A stretch of DNA of 64,000 nucleotides from Escherichia coli (GTDB lineage Bacteria; Pseudomonadota; Gammaproteobacteria; Enterobacterales; Enterobacteriaceae): the NCBI RefSeq assembly GCF_048403405.1, contig NZ_CP183129.1; one strand, given 5' to 3'. Position numbers and translations under genes: made by a program. Below the pieces are notes generated by a model. It worked only from the letters and a program-made list of their open reading frames with translations. It did no database searches and was not told the DNA's origin. Shown here one piece after another: positions 47,817 to 59,327 of this stretch (within the stretch, counting starts at the first letter, position 1; every line of letters starts with the position of its first letter).

Positions 47817-48095
47817 TTAGCTATGACGGCGATTATCGCTACGGCGGCAACGTTTGTCATAGTGGCGAACCCACCAGTAACGGTCGCACACCTGTTCATG
47901 CCCGCCAACACGGGCACCCGCCAGCCAGAGAATGGCACCGACGAAAATACTTAGCACTGCACCATGTGCGAAATACTGGGGCATATTAAACTGTGGTAAC
48001 TGGTTGAGGATTGAATACCCCACGCCGACCACCATTACCACCAGACCCAACCCCATGAGCACGTTACCGAGTAACGAAGCGTTTTTGCGTTTCAT
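47817..48095 (-). CDS. ychH: small membrane protein YchH
   Basis: 92 aa, two TM helices, synteny. Confidence 0.8.
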   Translation of the reverse strand: MKRKNASLLGNVLMGLGLVVMVVGVGYSILNQLPQFNMPQYFAHGAVLSIFVGAILWLAGARVGGHEQVCDRYWWVRHYDKRCRRSDNRRHS

Positions 48096-48372
48096 ATGTC
48101 ACCTCCGGAACTTTCTGGGTTGTAACAGGGAATACCCCTCTTCCTTATGTGTAAAGTATAGACAACACCCTGTGGGTTATGTGCGGGCGTGATCACAATT
48201 ACAACCCTTATTTCAACAAAACTTTACAAATAAACGCCTGAACACCTTGACTTTCTAATAGTCCACTCAGGCAATTATTGCGTTATCTGCATTTGATACG
48301 CAGTTTTTTGTCAAGCGGGGCCGCAACCAGTAAACTACGCGCCAGTTATGTACACACTCAGGACAAAAAAAC

Positions 48373-48957
48373 GTGACGATTAAATTGATTGTCGGCCTGG
48401 CGAACCCCGGCGCTGAATACGCCGCAACGCGACATAATGCTGGTGCCTGGTTCGTTGACTTACTGGCAGAGCGATTGCGCGCTCCGCTGCGCGAAGAGGC
48501 TAAATTCTTTGGTTATACTTCGCGAGTCACCCTTGGAGGCGAAGATGTCCGCCTGTTAGTCCCGACTACATTTATGAATCTCAGCGGCAAAGCCGTTGCG
48601 GCGATGGCCAGTTTTTTCCGCATTAATCCGGACGAAATTCTGGTGGCCCACGACGAACTGGATCTGCCTCCTGGCGTCGCCAAATTTAAGTTGGGCGGTG
48701 GCCATGGTGGTCACAATGGACTGAAAGACATCATCAGTAAATTGGGTAATAACCCTAACTTTCACCGTTTACGCATCGGAATCGGTCATCCGGGCGATAA
48801 AAATAAAGTTGTTGGTTTTGTATTAGGCAAACCGCCTGTTAGTGAACAGAAGTTAATTGATGAAGCCATCGACGAAGCGGCGCGTTGTACTGAAATGTGG
48901 TTTACAGATGGCTTGACCAAAGCAACGAACCGATTGCACGCCTTTAAAGCGCAATAA
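48373..48957 (+). CDS. pth: peptidyl-tRNA hydrolase
   Basis: 194 aa from a GTG start, (M)[26 protein letters not shown]. Confidence 0.95.
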
Positions 48958-49073
48958 GTCGTTGTCTGCGGCATTTTTGCCGAGTGCCGTGTATAATAGG
49001 CAAAGTTATTTCCATTTCTGCAATCTGTTAGCAATAACAGGTTGATTATTAAGATATTAAGGTGATTTAAATC

Positions 49074-50165
49074 ATGGGATTCAAATGCGGTATCGTCGGT
49101 TTGCCCAACGTCGGGAAATCTACCCTGTTCAACGCGCTGACCAAAGCCGGTATTGAAGCGGCCAACTTTCCATTCTGCACCATCGAGCCGAACACAGGCG
49201 TCGTACCAATGCCTGACCCTCGCCTGGATCAACTGGCTGAAATCGTAAAACCGCAGCGTACGCTTCCCACGACCATGGAATTTGTCGATATCGCCGGTCT
49301 GGTAAAAGGCGCATCGAAAGGCGAAGGTCTGGGTAACCAGTTCCTGACCAACATCCGTGAAACCGAAGCGATCGGTCACGTTGTTCGCTGCTTTGAAAAT
49401 GACAACATCATTCACGTTTCCGGCAAAGTTAACCCGGCTGATGATATTGAAGTTATCAACACCGAACTGGCGCTGGCGGACCTCGACACCTGCGAACGTG
49501 CGATTCATCGCGTACAGAAGAAAGCCAAAGGTGGCGATAAAGACGCGAAAGCTGAGCTGGCGGTCCTGGAAAAATGCCTGCCCCAGCTGGAAAACGCAGG
49601 TATGCTGCGCGCGCTGGATTTAAGCGCTGAAGAGAAAGCGGCTATTCGTTACCTGAGCTTCCTGACGCTGAAACCAACAATGTACATCGCCAACGTCAAC
49701 GAAGACGGTTTTGAAAACAACCCGTATCTTGACCAGGTGCGTGAAATCGCGGCGAAAGAAGGTTCTGTTGTGGTTCCGGTTTGTGCTGCTGTTGAAGCAG
49801 ACATTGCCGAACTGGACGACGAAGAACGTGACGAGTTTATGCAGGAGCTTGGGCTGGAAGAGCCGGGCCTGAACCGTGTGATCCGTGCCGGTTATAAGCT
49901 GCTGAACCTGCAAACTTACTTCACCGCTGGGGTGAAAGAAGTACGTGCATGGACCATTCCGGTTGGTGCAACCGCGCCGCAGGCCGCTGGCAAAATCCAT
50001 ACTGATTTTGAAAAAGGCTTTATCCGTGCACAAACTATTTCGTTCGAAGATTTCATCACTTACAAAGGTGAACAAGGCGCGAAAGAAGCAGGCAAAATGC
50101 GTGCAGAAGGCAAAGATTACATCGTTAAAGATGGCGATGTAATGAACTTCCTGTTCAATGTCTAA
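49074..50165 (+). CDS. ychF: ribosome-binding ATPase YchF (Obg family)
   Basis: 363 aa, G1 motif [10 protein letters not shown]-terminal TGS domain. Confidence 0.96.
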
Positions 50166-50220
50166 TTAATTTGTTGTCTCATGAGGTTTCGCTAAATCTC
50201 ATGAAGAGCGCAAAAGTATA

Positions 50221-50254
50221 TAAAATCCACGCAATTGCGTGGATTTTTCATTTT
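50221..50254 (+). terminator. ychF intrinsic terminator
   Basis: aaaatccacgcaattgcgtggatttttcatttt, perfect 9 bp stem plus T-run. Confidence 0.75.
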
Positions 50255-51009
50255 ACCGAGTCCTAACCATTCTTATAACATCCTACACTTTTGTGCTTAT
50301 TGCCTATAGTGAACCACCAGAATAATTAAAGACATAAGTGTTCAGATGAGGGATATCTCATTAGCAATGAGATAACGTAAGTTTGTGTTCCACTGCACAT
50401 CAGACACCTTTTACAGCTGATCAATATTGATCACGCTCCAATATGCTGGCGAGAAAAGGACTTGCCTGAAGGGCAATATCCAGCAGATAAAGCCCCCGAA
50501 TAACGTGATTACGTGCGATCCTGGCAAGATGAAAATGATAACCAGTAGCACGATAATAACGATAAGCCAGAAAATCCATTGATCAAAAATGAATATCGAT
50601 GTTTTTTGCTTTTTCTTATTAGTAATGCAAAAATGGCTCATATTGTTTTTGTTATGCAGATACATCAAGCGAAAATCCCATAACTAATTAGGATTATTAC
50701 CAAAAATATTCACCAAATTATTTAACCGCTGTTTGTTGTAATGTTTTTGTCATATTCATAGTAACGAATTGGAATAAGTAACGACAACTTAGGGAATAAC
50801 TCGATCTAAACTCACCTTTGTAAGGAGGATGTTAAATATATATTAATTCCTGTGTTCCTGATTTTGCCCGGTAATAGAGAATTATTCTCAGAGCAGCTCA
50901 TCATGATTGCACCATACAAATATCATGATGATAAGAGGATATTATTCATTGACTTAAACAAAATGACAAAATCCATAGACCCATAGCCTGGGTACTATAT
51001 AGGAGTGGT

Positions 51010-53895
51010 ATGGGCATCAAACAACACAATGGGAATACCAAAGCCGATCGTCTCGCTGAATTAAAAATCCGTTCGCCCTCCATTCAACTGATAAAATATG
51101 GCGCTATTGGTTTGAATGCAATTATCTTTTCCCCCCTGCTGATAGCTGCTGATTTAGGAAGTCAAAATGGCACCACTATTACTATTAGTGATGGTGACAG
51201 AATTACAGGAGATACCGCCGATCCATCAGGAAACCTCTATGGTGTAATGACCCCAGCAGGAAACACGCCTGGCAATATCAACCTGGGTAATGATGTCACC
51301 GTCAATGTCAACGACGCCTCTGGATATGCAAAGGGAATCGTTATTCAGGGCAAGAACAGCTCCCTGACAGCTAACCGACTTACAGTAGATGTTGTTAGTC
51401 AAACCTCTGCCATCGGCATTAATTTAATTGGTGACTATACCCATGCTGACTTAGGCACAGGCAGCACCATTAAGAGTAACGATGACGGCATCATTATTGG
51501 ACATAGCTCAACACTAACAGCCACTCAATTCACCATTGAAAACTCGAACGGTATAGGCCTAACCATCAATGACTATGGCACCAGTGTCGATCTTGGAAGC
51601 GGAAGTAAAATCAAGACCGATGGAAGTACAGGTGTTTATATCGGTGGTCTCAACGGCAATAACGCCAATGGTGCTGCGCGTTTTACGGCGACAGACCTGA
51701 CAATCGATGTTCAGGGCTACAGCGCCATGGGAATAAACGTACAGAAAAACTCTGTTGTCGATCTCGGAACAAACAGTACCATTAAAACCAATGGCGATAA
51801 TGCGCACGGCCTCTGGAGCTTTGGCCAGGTGAGCGCGAATGCACTCACTGTTGATGTAACTGGATCCGCGGCCAATGGCGTCGAAGTTCGTGGTGGTACA
51901 ACCACTATCGGTGCTGATAGCCATATTTCTTCCGCGCAGGGCGGTGGCCTCGTAACCAGTGGTTCAGACGCGACAATCAATTTTTCTGGCACGGCAGCGC
52001 AACGAAACAGCATCTTTTCCAGCGGTTCTTATGGTGCCTCAGCCCAGACGGCAACGGCTGTTGTCAACATGCAAAATACCGATATTACGGTTGATCGTAA
52101 TGGCAGTCTGGCGCTGGGTTTGTGGGCGCTCAGCGGCGGTAGAATAACCGGAGACAGTTTGGCTATCACCGGCGCGGCAGGAGCCAGGGGGATTTATGCC
52201 ATGACCAACAGCCAGATCGATCTCACGAGCGATCTGGTCATTGATATGAGTACACCCGACCAGATGGCCATTGCAACGCAACATGACGATGGTTATGCCG
52301 CCAGCCGCATCAACGCCTCGGGTCGTATGCTTATCAACGGTAGCGTTCTTTCCAAAGGTGGGCTAATCAATCTGGATATGCACCCTGGGTCGGTTTGGAC
52401 AGGTTCTTCCCTCAGCGATAATGTCAATGGCGGGAAACTGGACGTTGCAATGAATAACAGCGTCTGGAACGTAACAAGTAATTCTAATCTCGACACGCTG
52501 GCGCTGAGCCATTCAACTGTCGATTTTGCCAGCCACACGTCAACTGCCGGCACATTTACCACATTAAACGTAGAGAACCTGAGCGGTAACAGTACCTTTA
52601 TTATGCGTGCTGATGTTGTTGGCGAGGGTAATGGCGTTAATAATAAAGGGGATTTATTGAATATCAGCGGGAGTAGTGCTGGTAATCACGTATTGGCTAT
52701 CCGTAACCAGGGCAGCGAGGCCACAACGGGAAATGAAGTTCTGACAGTGGTAAAAACCACTGACGGCGCGGCCTCGTTCAGCGCGTCTTCTCAGGTTGAG
52801 TTGGGAGGATATCTGTATGATGTGCGTAAAAATGGCACTAACTGGGAGCTCTACGCTTCCGGGACAATTCCGGAGCCGACTCCAAATCCTGAGCCCACAC
52901 CAGCTCCCGCTCAGCCTCCCATAGTCAACCCCGATCCTACGCCTGAACCCGATCCTACGCCTAACCCCGCTCCCACGCCTAAACCCACCACGACTGCAGA
53001 TGCTGGCGGCAATTATCTCAATGTCGGTTACTTATTGAACTATGTTGAAAACCGTACGCTGATGCAACGGATGGGTGACCTGCGAAATCAGAGTAAAGAC
53101 GGTAATATCTGGTTGCGCAGTTATGGGGGAAGCCTGGACTCCTTTGCCAGTGGCAAACTGAGCGGCTTTGACATGGGTTACAGCGGTATCCAGTTTGGTG
53201 GGGATAAACGTCTCTCTGATGAAATGCCGTTGTATGTCGGTCTGTATATTGGCTCAACACATGCATCGCCGGACTATAGCGGAGGCGACGGTACCGCACG
53301 TTCAGACTACATGGGAATGTACGCCAGTTACATGGCACACAACGGTTTTTACAGCGATCTCGTAGTAAAAGCATCGCGCCAGAAAAATAGTTTCCACGTA
53401 CTGGACAGTCAGAACAACGGCGTTAACGCCAACGGCACTGCGAATGGAATGAGTATCTCCCTGGAAGCCGGGCAGAGGCTCAACCTGTCCCCTACTGGTT
53501 ATGGGTTCTATATAGAGCCGCAAACCCAGCTCACATACAGCCACCAGAATGAGATGGCTATGAAGGCGAGTAATGGCCTCAATATACATCTGAATCACTA
53601 CGAATCGCTGCTGGGGCGTGCCAGCATGATACTGGGGTATGACATCACCGCAGGCAACAGCCAGCTGAATGTCTATGTGAAGACTGGCGCTATCCGCGAG
53701 TTTTCAGGGGATACCGAATATCTGTTGAACAACTCCCGGGAGAAGTACAGTTTCAAAGGTAATGGCTGGAATAATGGCGTGGGAGTCAGTGCACAGTATA
53801 ACAAACAGCACACATTCTATCTCGAAGCGGATTACACGCAGGGTAACCTCTTTGATCAGAAGCAAGTCAACGGAGGATATCGCTTCAGCTTTTAA
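51010..53895 (+). CDS. ycgV: AIDA-I-type autotransporter adhesin (ycgV-like)
   Basis: 961 aa; N-terminal signal region, repetitive Gly/Thr/Asn-rich passenger, Pro-Thr-rich linker, C-terminal beta-barrel ending ...NGGYRFSF. Confidence 0.9.
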   Translation: MGIKQHNGNTKADRLAELKIRSPSIQLIKYGAIGLNAIIFSPLLIAADLGSQNGTTITISDGDRITGDTADPSGNLYGVMTPAGNTPGNINLGNDVTVNVNDASGYAKGIVIQGKNSSLTANRLTVDVVSQTSAIGINLIGDYTHADLGTGSTIKSNDDGIIIGHSSTLTATQFTIENSNGIGLTINDYGTSVDLGSGSKIKTDGSTGVYIGGLNGNNANGAARFTATDLTIDVQGYSAMGINVQKNSVVDLGTNSTIKTNGDNAHGLWSFGQVSANALTVDVTGSAANGVEVRGGTTTIGADSHISSAQGGGLVTSGSDATINFSGTAAQRNSIFSSGSYGASAQTATAVVNMQNTDITVDRNGSLALGLWALSGGRITGDSLAITGAAGARGIYAMTNSQIDLTSDLVIDMSTPDQMAIATQHDDGYAASRINASGRMLINGSVLSKGGLINLDMHPGSVWTGSSLSDNVNGGKLDVAMNNSVWNVTSNSNLDTLALSHSTVDFASHTSTAGTFTTLNVENLSGNSTFIMRADVVGEGNGVNNKGDLLNISGSSAGNHVLAIRNQGSEATTGNEVLTVVKTTDGAASFSASSQVELGGYLYDVRKNGTNWELYASGTIPEPTPNPEPTPAPAQPPIVNPDPTPEPDPTPNPAPTPKPTTTADAGGNYLNVGYLLNYVENRTLMQRMGDLRNQSKDGNIWLRSYGGSLDSFASGKLSGFDMGYSGIQFGGDKRLSDEMPLYVGLYIGSTHASPDYSGGDGTARSDYMGMYASYMAHNGFYSDLVVKASRQKNSFHVLDSQNNGVNANGTANGMSISLEAGQRLNLSPTGYGFYIEPQTQLTYSHQNEMAMKASNGLNIHLNHYESLLGRASMILGYDITAGNSQLNVYVKTGAIREFSGDTEYLLNNSREKYSFKGNGWNNGVGVSAQYNKQHTFYLEADYTQGNLFDQKQVNGGYRFSF

Positions 53896-53994
53896 GTGCG
53901 GGATAGACAAGCCCTTAAACGATGCTGAAAAATGTTAGCGTGCGCCGGAATGAAATACAGATCTCTCTGATGTATCAGAAATCGTTTCTGTCTT

Positions 53995-55923
53995 TCATAC
54001 CCGGCGCTTAAACTGCCCTGCATCAATGCCATGTTGCTTCATTTTCCGCCACAGCGTAGTGCGGCCGATTCCAAGTAAAGCCGACATTTCCTGAATGCGA
54101 CCGCCTGTGACCTGGGCTGCGTTAATAATTGCCTCTTTTTCAACTTCCGCAAATGACAGACTGGTGGAAAGGCGGGTGGCGCTGACATCATCTGTCGCCT
54201 GCTCGGTAAACAGATGTTCAGGTAAATCACTGACGCGAATGCGCCCGTTATCACTACTCAGAGCAAGATTCTCGATGACGCTGTAAAGTTCAAAATCGTT
54301 GCCAGGCCATGCACAGGAAACCAGGCGAGCGAGGGCATCGTCATCAATTTTCAGCCGCGTAGAGAAGCGTTTTTCAAGACTGTGTAATTTGTTATTCACC
54401 AGCGCCGGAATGCTGCCACGCCGCATACGCAGAGGCGGGATGGTAATTTCAAATGCATGCAGCGCGTAATACAGCTGGCGACTAAAGCGATTTTGTTCCA
54501 CCAGCATTGCGAGGTCCGCGGTCGTTGTGGCAATCACTTTGACATCAATGGGTATTAAACGCCGCGCATCCAGTCGCGTGATAACACCCTGCTTGATAAC
54601 CTGAAGCAAAGCAGACTGTAACTCCACCGCCAGATATTCAATCTTTTCAAGAAACAGCGTGCCGCCGTGCGCCAGTTCCAGCCGACTCAGACGGCCATTT
54701 TCATTATCCGTGCGATCGCCACCAATAAATTCTTCCGCCAGCGCCGCATCACCATATAACTCACAATTGACGGCAATATAAGGCCCCGCTGCACGCTCGC
54801 TTTCATTATGAATTGCCTGACTTAGCAGTGCCTTGCCCACGCCCTCCTCTCCACAAAGCAGGACAGGAAAGCTACTGCGCGCCGCCTGGCGACCAAAATG
54901 AATCAAGCGGCGGGTTTGCGGATCCTCTTGTGGCATATGAGCGAAAGTATGGCTGACTTTTCCTAATTGACTGGTCATTAACTGCCGCATCTGTTCCACA
55001 GGATGGAGCAACAAAATAAAGCTGGTTCCCTGCGTTTCTATTATCGGTTTAAGGGTTATCACCGCATCAATAAACTGATGCTGACTTTCAAAGGTTGCTT
55101 CTACGTGTTTGAGCGGATGTGCCTGTTTTATTGCTTGTTGCAATACGGCGGGTAACGTTAAGAGTTCAGTGATTGCCCTTCCCTGACTTGCCGTCGCGTC
55201 AAGGCGCAAGACCCGCGCCGCCTGGGCGTTGATAAATTGCAAATTACCCTGCTCGTCCCAGCTAATCACCCCATCATCCATACTTTCTAACAGGGCATTA
55301 AGTTGATTTAAATGACGGTTAGTTTCAGCGAGCAAACTGTCCGTCAGCAGTAAATTACCGACCTCTCGGGCGATTGCCAACGTCAACGGCAAATCAGCTG
55401 CGGTAGTTTGCTCAACCGGACACGCCAGCGCTATTGTTCCCGTCAATCGGCCCTTGCTGTCAAACAACGGCGTTGCACAAAAGGCCCAGTTCCAGAGTGC
55501 CTGTTTGAAATGTTGATCGGCCATCGTTTTCACGGCCTGACCAGAGATAGCCGCTAACGATAGCGCACAAGTACCAATAATTCCCTCGGCGCAATACGTG
55601 CCGTCATTGAATCCCAGTGCACTTAGCTGCTGCAAGGTTTGCGGATCGCCATTACGGCTGAGAATGCAGGCGGTTTCATCGAGGATAAACAGCGCACACT
55701 CTCGCGGTGCCATATATTCCCAGGCATCTTCCAGCGCAGCCTGCCCGAGCGTCAGCATCGCTTTCTTACGCCGATAAATAGACGCAAATGTCACGCCCTG
55801 GGCCTGGTGTGGTACGTTCCATGTCTCCCGTTTCATCAGCTTAATGCATCGCTCCCAGGAGGTTGCAATTAAGGGAGATATGTCCCGACCATCGTTGTTA
55901 AAAGCGCTACTCATATCCCGCAT
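53995..55923 (-). CDS. dhaR: sigma-54-family (AAA+) transcriptional activator of the dha operon
   Basis: 642 aa; GAF/PAS N-terminus, AAA+ core (GEEGVGK), C-terminal HTH. Confidence 0.93.
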   Translation of the reverse strand: MRDMSSAFNNDGRDISPLIATSWERCIKLMKRETWNVPHQAQGVTFASIYRRKKAMLTLGQAALEDAWEYMAPRECALFILDETACILSRNGDPQTLQQLSALGFNDGTYCAEGIIGTCALSLAAISGQAVKTMADQHFKQALWNWAFCATPLFDSKGRLTGTIALACPVEQTTAADLPLTLAIAREVGNLLLTDSLLAETNRHLNQLNALLESMDDGVISWDEQGNLQFINAQAARVLRLDATASQGRAITELLTLPAVLQQAIKQAHPLKHVEATFESQHQFIDAVITLKPIIETQGTSFILLLHPVEQMRQLMTSQLGKVSHTFAHMPQEDPQTRRLIHFGRQAARSSFPVLLCGEEGVGKALLSQAIHNESERAAGPYIAVNCELYGDAALAEEFIGGDRTDNENGRLSRLELAHGGTLFLEKIEYLAVELQSALLQVIKQGVITRLDARRLIPIDVKVIATTTADLAMLVEQNRFSRQLYYALHAFEITIPPLRMRRGSIPALVNNKLHSLEKRFSTRLKIDDDALARLVSCAWPGNDFELYSVIENLALSSDNGRIRVSDLPEHLFTEQATDDVSATRLSTSLSFAEVEKEAIINAAQVTGGRIQEMSALLGIGRTTLWRKMKQHGIDAGQFKRRV

Positions 55924-56141
55924 CCCTTATGACAAAAGGTGTTCCGGCTCGCAATTTTAAGTATTAATACACGTAAAAGTTTCAATATGGAACATTCATT
56001 AAAGAATATGTTTCACTATGAAACATAATTTGGGCTAATTTTCTTTTCCCTTGCCTGATGCACAATGGATTCATCGGCAGTCAGTGGTCGCCGTGTCGTT
56101 GAACATCATCCATGCCCTACCGTAATTGCTGGAGCAAAATA

Positions 56142-57212
56142 ATGAAAAAATTGATCAATGATGTGCAAGACGTACTGGACGAACAACTGGCAGGACTAGC
56201 GAAAGCGCATCCATCGCTGATACTGCACCAGGATCCGGTGTATGTCACCCGAGCTGATGCCCCCGTTGCAGGTAAAGTCGCCCTGCTGTCGGGTGGCGGC
56301 AGCGGACACGAGCCGATGCATTGTGGTTATATCGGTCAGGGGATGCTTTCGGGGGCCTGTCCGGGCGAAATTTTCACCTCACCGACGCCCGATAAAATCT
56401 TTGAATGCGCCATGCAAATTGATGGCGGCGAAGGTGTACTGTTGATTATCAAAAATTACACCGGCGATATTCTTAACTTCGAAACAGCAACCGAGTTACT
56501 GCACGATAGCGGCGTAAAAGTGACCACTGTGGTCATTGATGACGACGTTGCAGTAAAAGACAGTCTTTATACCGCCGGGCGGCGCGGCGTTGCCATCACC
56601 GTATTAATTGAAAAACTCGTAGGCGCAGCGGCGGAGCGTGGCGACTCACTGGACGCCTGTGCGGAACTGGGGCGTAAGTTGAATAATCAAGGCCACTCAA
56701 TAGGTATTGCTCTCGGTGCCTGTACCGTTCCTGCCGCGGGCAAACCTTCTTTTACCCTGGCGGACAATGAGATGGAGTTTGGCGTCGGCATTCATGGTGA
56801 GCCAGGTATTGACCGCCGTCCCTTCTCTTCCCTTGATCAAACCGTCGATGAAATGTTCGACACCCTGCTGGAAAATGGCTCATACCATCGCACTTTGCGT
56901 TTCTGGGATTATCAACAAGGCAGCTGGCAGGAAGAACCACAAACCAAACAACCGCTCCAGTCTGGCGATCGGGTGATTGCGCTGGTTAACAATCTTGGCG
57001 CAACTCCGCTTTCTGAGCTATACGGCGTCTATAACCGCCTGACCACACGTTGCCAACAAGCGGGATTGACTATCGAGCGTAATTTAATTGGCGCGTACTG
57101 TACCTCACTGGATATGACCGGTTTCTCAATCACCTTACTGAAAGTTGATGACGAAACGCTGGCACTCTGGGACGCCCCGGTCCACACCCCGGCCCTTAAC
57201 TGGGGTAAATAA
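56142..57212 (+). CDS. dhaK: dihydroxyacetone kinase, DhaK subunit
   Basis: Start at MKKLINDVQDV (356 aa) inside the 366 aa ORF-track entry; Dak1 domain. Confidence 0.95.
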   Translation: MKKLINDVQDVLDEQLAGLAKAHPSLILHQDPVYVTRADAPVAGKVALLSGGGSGHEPMHCGYIGQGMLSGACPGEIFTSPTPDKIFECAMQIDGGEGVLLIIKNYTGDILNFETATELLHDSGVKVTTVVIDDDVAVKDSLYTAGRRGVAITVLIEKLVGAAAERGDSLDACAELGRKLNNQGHSIGIALGACTVPAAGKPSFTLADNEMEFGVGIHGEPGIDRRPFSSLDQTVDEMFDTLLENGSYHRTLRFWDYQQGSWQEEPQTKQPLQSGDRVIALVNNLGATPLSELYGVYNRLTTRCQQAGLTIERNLIGAYCTSLDMTGFSITLLKVDDETLALWDAPVHTPALNWGK

Positions 57213-57222
57213 GGAGAAAGCA

Positions 57223-57855
57223 ATGTCACTGAGCAGAACTCAAATTGTTAACTGGCTCACTCGTTGTGGCGATATTTTCAACACCGAGAGCGAGTATCTT
57301 ACCGGACTGGATCGCGAAATTGGCGACGCTGACCACGGGCTAAATATGAACCGAGGCTTTAGCAAAGTGGTGGAAAAACTCCCTGCTATCGCAGATAAAG
57401 ATATCGGTTTCATTCTCAAGAATACCGGTATGACGCTACTTTCCAGCGTCGGTGGTGCCAGTGGTCCGCTTTTCGGTACCTTCTTTATCCGCGCCGCACA
57501 GGCGACCCAGGCACGGCAAAGCCTGACGCTGGAAGAGCTTTATCAGATGTTCCGCGATGGCGCGGACGGCGTAATCAGTCGCGGTAAAGCCGAACCTGGC
57601 GATAAAACCATGTGTGATGTGTGGGTGCCGGTGGTGGAATCGTTACGTCAGTCCAGCGAGCAAAATCTCTCTGTTCCGGCGGCGCTCGAAGCTGCCAGTA
57701 GCATCGCCGAGTCCGCTGCACAAAGTACGATTACGATGCAAGCCCGCAAAGGCCGCGCCAGTTATCTCGGTGAACGCAGTATTGGTCACCAGGACCCCGG
57801 TGCGACCTCGGTGATGTTTATGATGCAAATGTTGGCGTTAGCCGCAAAAGAGTAA
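57223..57855 (+). CDS. dhaL: dihydroxyacetone kinase, ADP-binding DhaL subunit
   Basis: Start at MSLSRTQIVNWL (210 aa); the ORF-track entry is extended upstream into dhaK; Dak2 domain. Confidence 0.95.
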   Translation: MSLSRTQIVNWLTRCGDIFNTESEYLTGLDREIGDADHGLNMNRGFSKVVEKLPAIADKDIGFILKNTGMTLLSSVGGASGPLFGTFFIRAAQATQARQSLTLEELYQMFRDGADGVISRGKAEPGDKTMCDVWVPVVESLRQSSEQNLSVPAALEAASSIAESAAQSTITMQARKGRASYLGERSIGHQDPGATSVMFMMQMLALAAKE

Positions 57856-57865
57856 GGAATTGGTG

Positions 57866-59284
57866 ATGGTAAACCTGGTCATAGTTTCACATAGCAGCCG
57901 ACTGGGAGAAGGTGTCGGTGAACTAGCCCGTCAGATGTTAATGAGTGATAGTTGTAAAATCGCCATTGCCGCGGGAATTGACGATCCACAAAATCCCATT
58001 GGTACCGATGCCGTCAAAGTGATGGAGGCCATCGAATCTGTTGCCGATACCGACCATGTGCTGGTCATGATGGATATAGGAAGCGCATTATTGAGTGCTG
58101 AAACTGCGCTGGAATTGCTGGCTCCCGAGATCGCCGCAAAAGTACGTTTGTGTGCTGCGCCGTTGGTCGAAGGTACACTGGCAGCAACGGTCAGCGCGGC
58201 CTCGGGGGCGGAGATCGACAAAGTTATCTTTGACGCCATGCATGCGCTGGAAGCCAAACGTGAACAACTGGGTTTACCCTCCTCCAACACTGAAATCTCT
58301 GACACATGTCCTCCGTACGATGAAGAAGCCCGTTCTCTGGCGGTGGTCATAAAAAACCGTAACGGCCTGCATGTACGTCCGGCCTCCCGGCTGGTTTATA
58401 CCTTATCGACATTTAATGCCGATATGTTGCTGGAGAAAAACGGCAAATGCGTCACACCGGAGAGTATTAACCAGATTGCGTTACTACAAGTTCGCTATAA
58501 CGATACGCTGCGCCTGATTGCGAAAGGGCCAGAAGCTGAAGAGGCACTGATCGCTTTCCGTCAGCTGGCTGAAGATAACTTTGGTGAAACGGAGGAAGTT
58601 GCTCCACCTATTCTGCGTCCCGTTCCGCCTGTTTCGGGTAAAGCCTTTTATTATCAACCGGTTTTATGTACGGTACAGGCAAAATCAACCCTGACCGTGG
58701 ATGAAGAACAAGAACGATTACGCCAGGCCATTGACTTCACGTTATTAGATCTGATGACGTTAACAGCGAAAGCAGAAGCCAGCGGGCTTGACGATATTGC
58801 CGCAATCTTTTCTGGTCACCATACACTGTTAGATGATCCGGAACTGCTGGCGGCGGCAAGCGAACTCCTTCAGCATGAACATTGCACGGCAGAATATGCC
58901 TGGCAGCAAGTTCTTAAAGAACTTAGCCAGCAATACCAGCAACTGGATGATGAATATCTACAGGCTCGCTATATTGATGTGGACGATCTTCTGCATCGCA
59001 CCCTGGTCCACCTGACCCAAACGAAAGAAGAACTCCCGCAGTTTAACTCGCCAACTATTCTACTGGCGGAGAACATCTATCCCTCCACAATACTGCAACT
59101 GGATCCGGCGGTTGTAAAAGGTATCTGCCTTAGCGCCGGAAGTCCGCTATCCCACAGCGCCCTGATCGCCCGTGAACTGGGGATTGGCTGGATTTGCCAG
59201 CAGGGTGAGAAACTGTATGCGATACAACCAGAAGAAACGCTAACGCTGGACGTTAAAACGCAACGTTTCAGCCGTCAGGGTTAA
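57866..59284 (+). CDS. dhaM: dihydroxyacetone kinase phosphotransfer subunit (EIIA-HPr-EI-like)
   Basis: Start at MVNLVIVSHSS (472 aa); multi-domain PTS-like protein. Confidence 0.93.
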   Translation: MVNLVIVSHSSRLGEGVGELARQMLMSDSCKIAIAAGIDDPQNPIGTDAVKVMEAIESVADTDHVLVMMDIGSALLSAETALELLAPEIAAKVRLCAAPLVEGTLAATVSAASGAEIDKVIFDAMHALEAKREQLGLPSSNTEISDTCPPYDEEARSLAVVIKNRNGLHVRPASRLVYTLSTFNADMLLEKNGKCVTPESINQIALLQVRYNDTLRLIAKGPEAEEALIAFRQLAEDNFGETEEVAPPILRPVPPVSGKAFYYQPVLCTVQAKSTLTVDEEQERLRQAIDFTLLDLMTLTAKAEASGLDDIAAIFSGHHTLLDDPELLAAASELLQHEHCTAEYAWQQVLKELSQQYQQLDDEYLQARYIDVDDLLHRTLVHLTQTKEELPQFNSPTILLAENIYPSTILQLDPAVVKGICLSAGSPLSHSALIARELGIGWICQQGEKLYAIQPEETLTLDVKTQRFSRQG

Positions 59285-59293
59285 ACCACCGTT

Positions 59294-59327
59294 CGGATGG
59301 CATCGTTCTGATGCCATCCGGCTATTT
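59294..59327 (+). terminator. dhaM terminator-like hairpin
   Basis: cggatggcatcgttctgatgccatccg, 11 bp stem, weak T tract after it. Confidence 0.55.
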
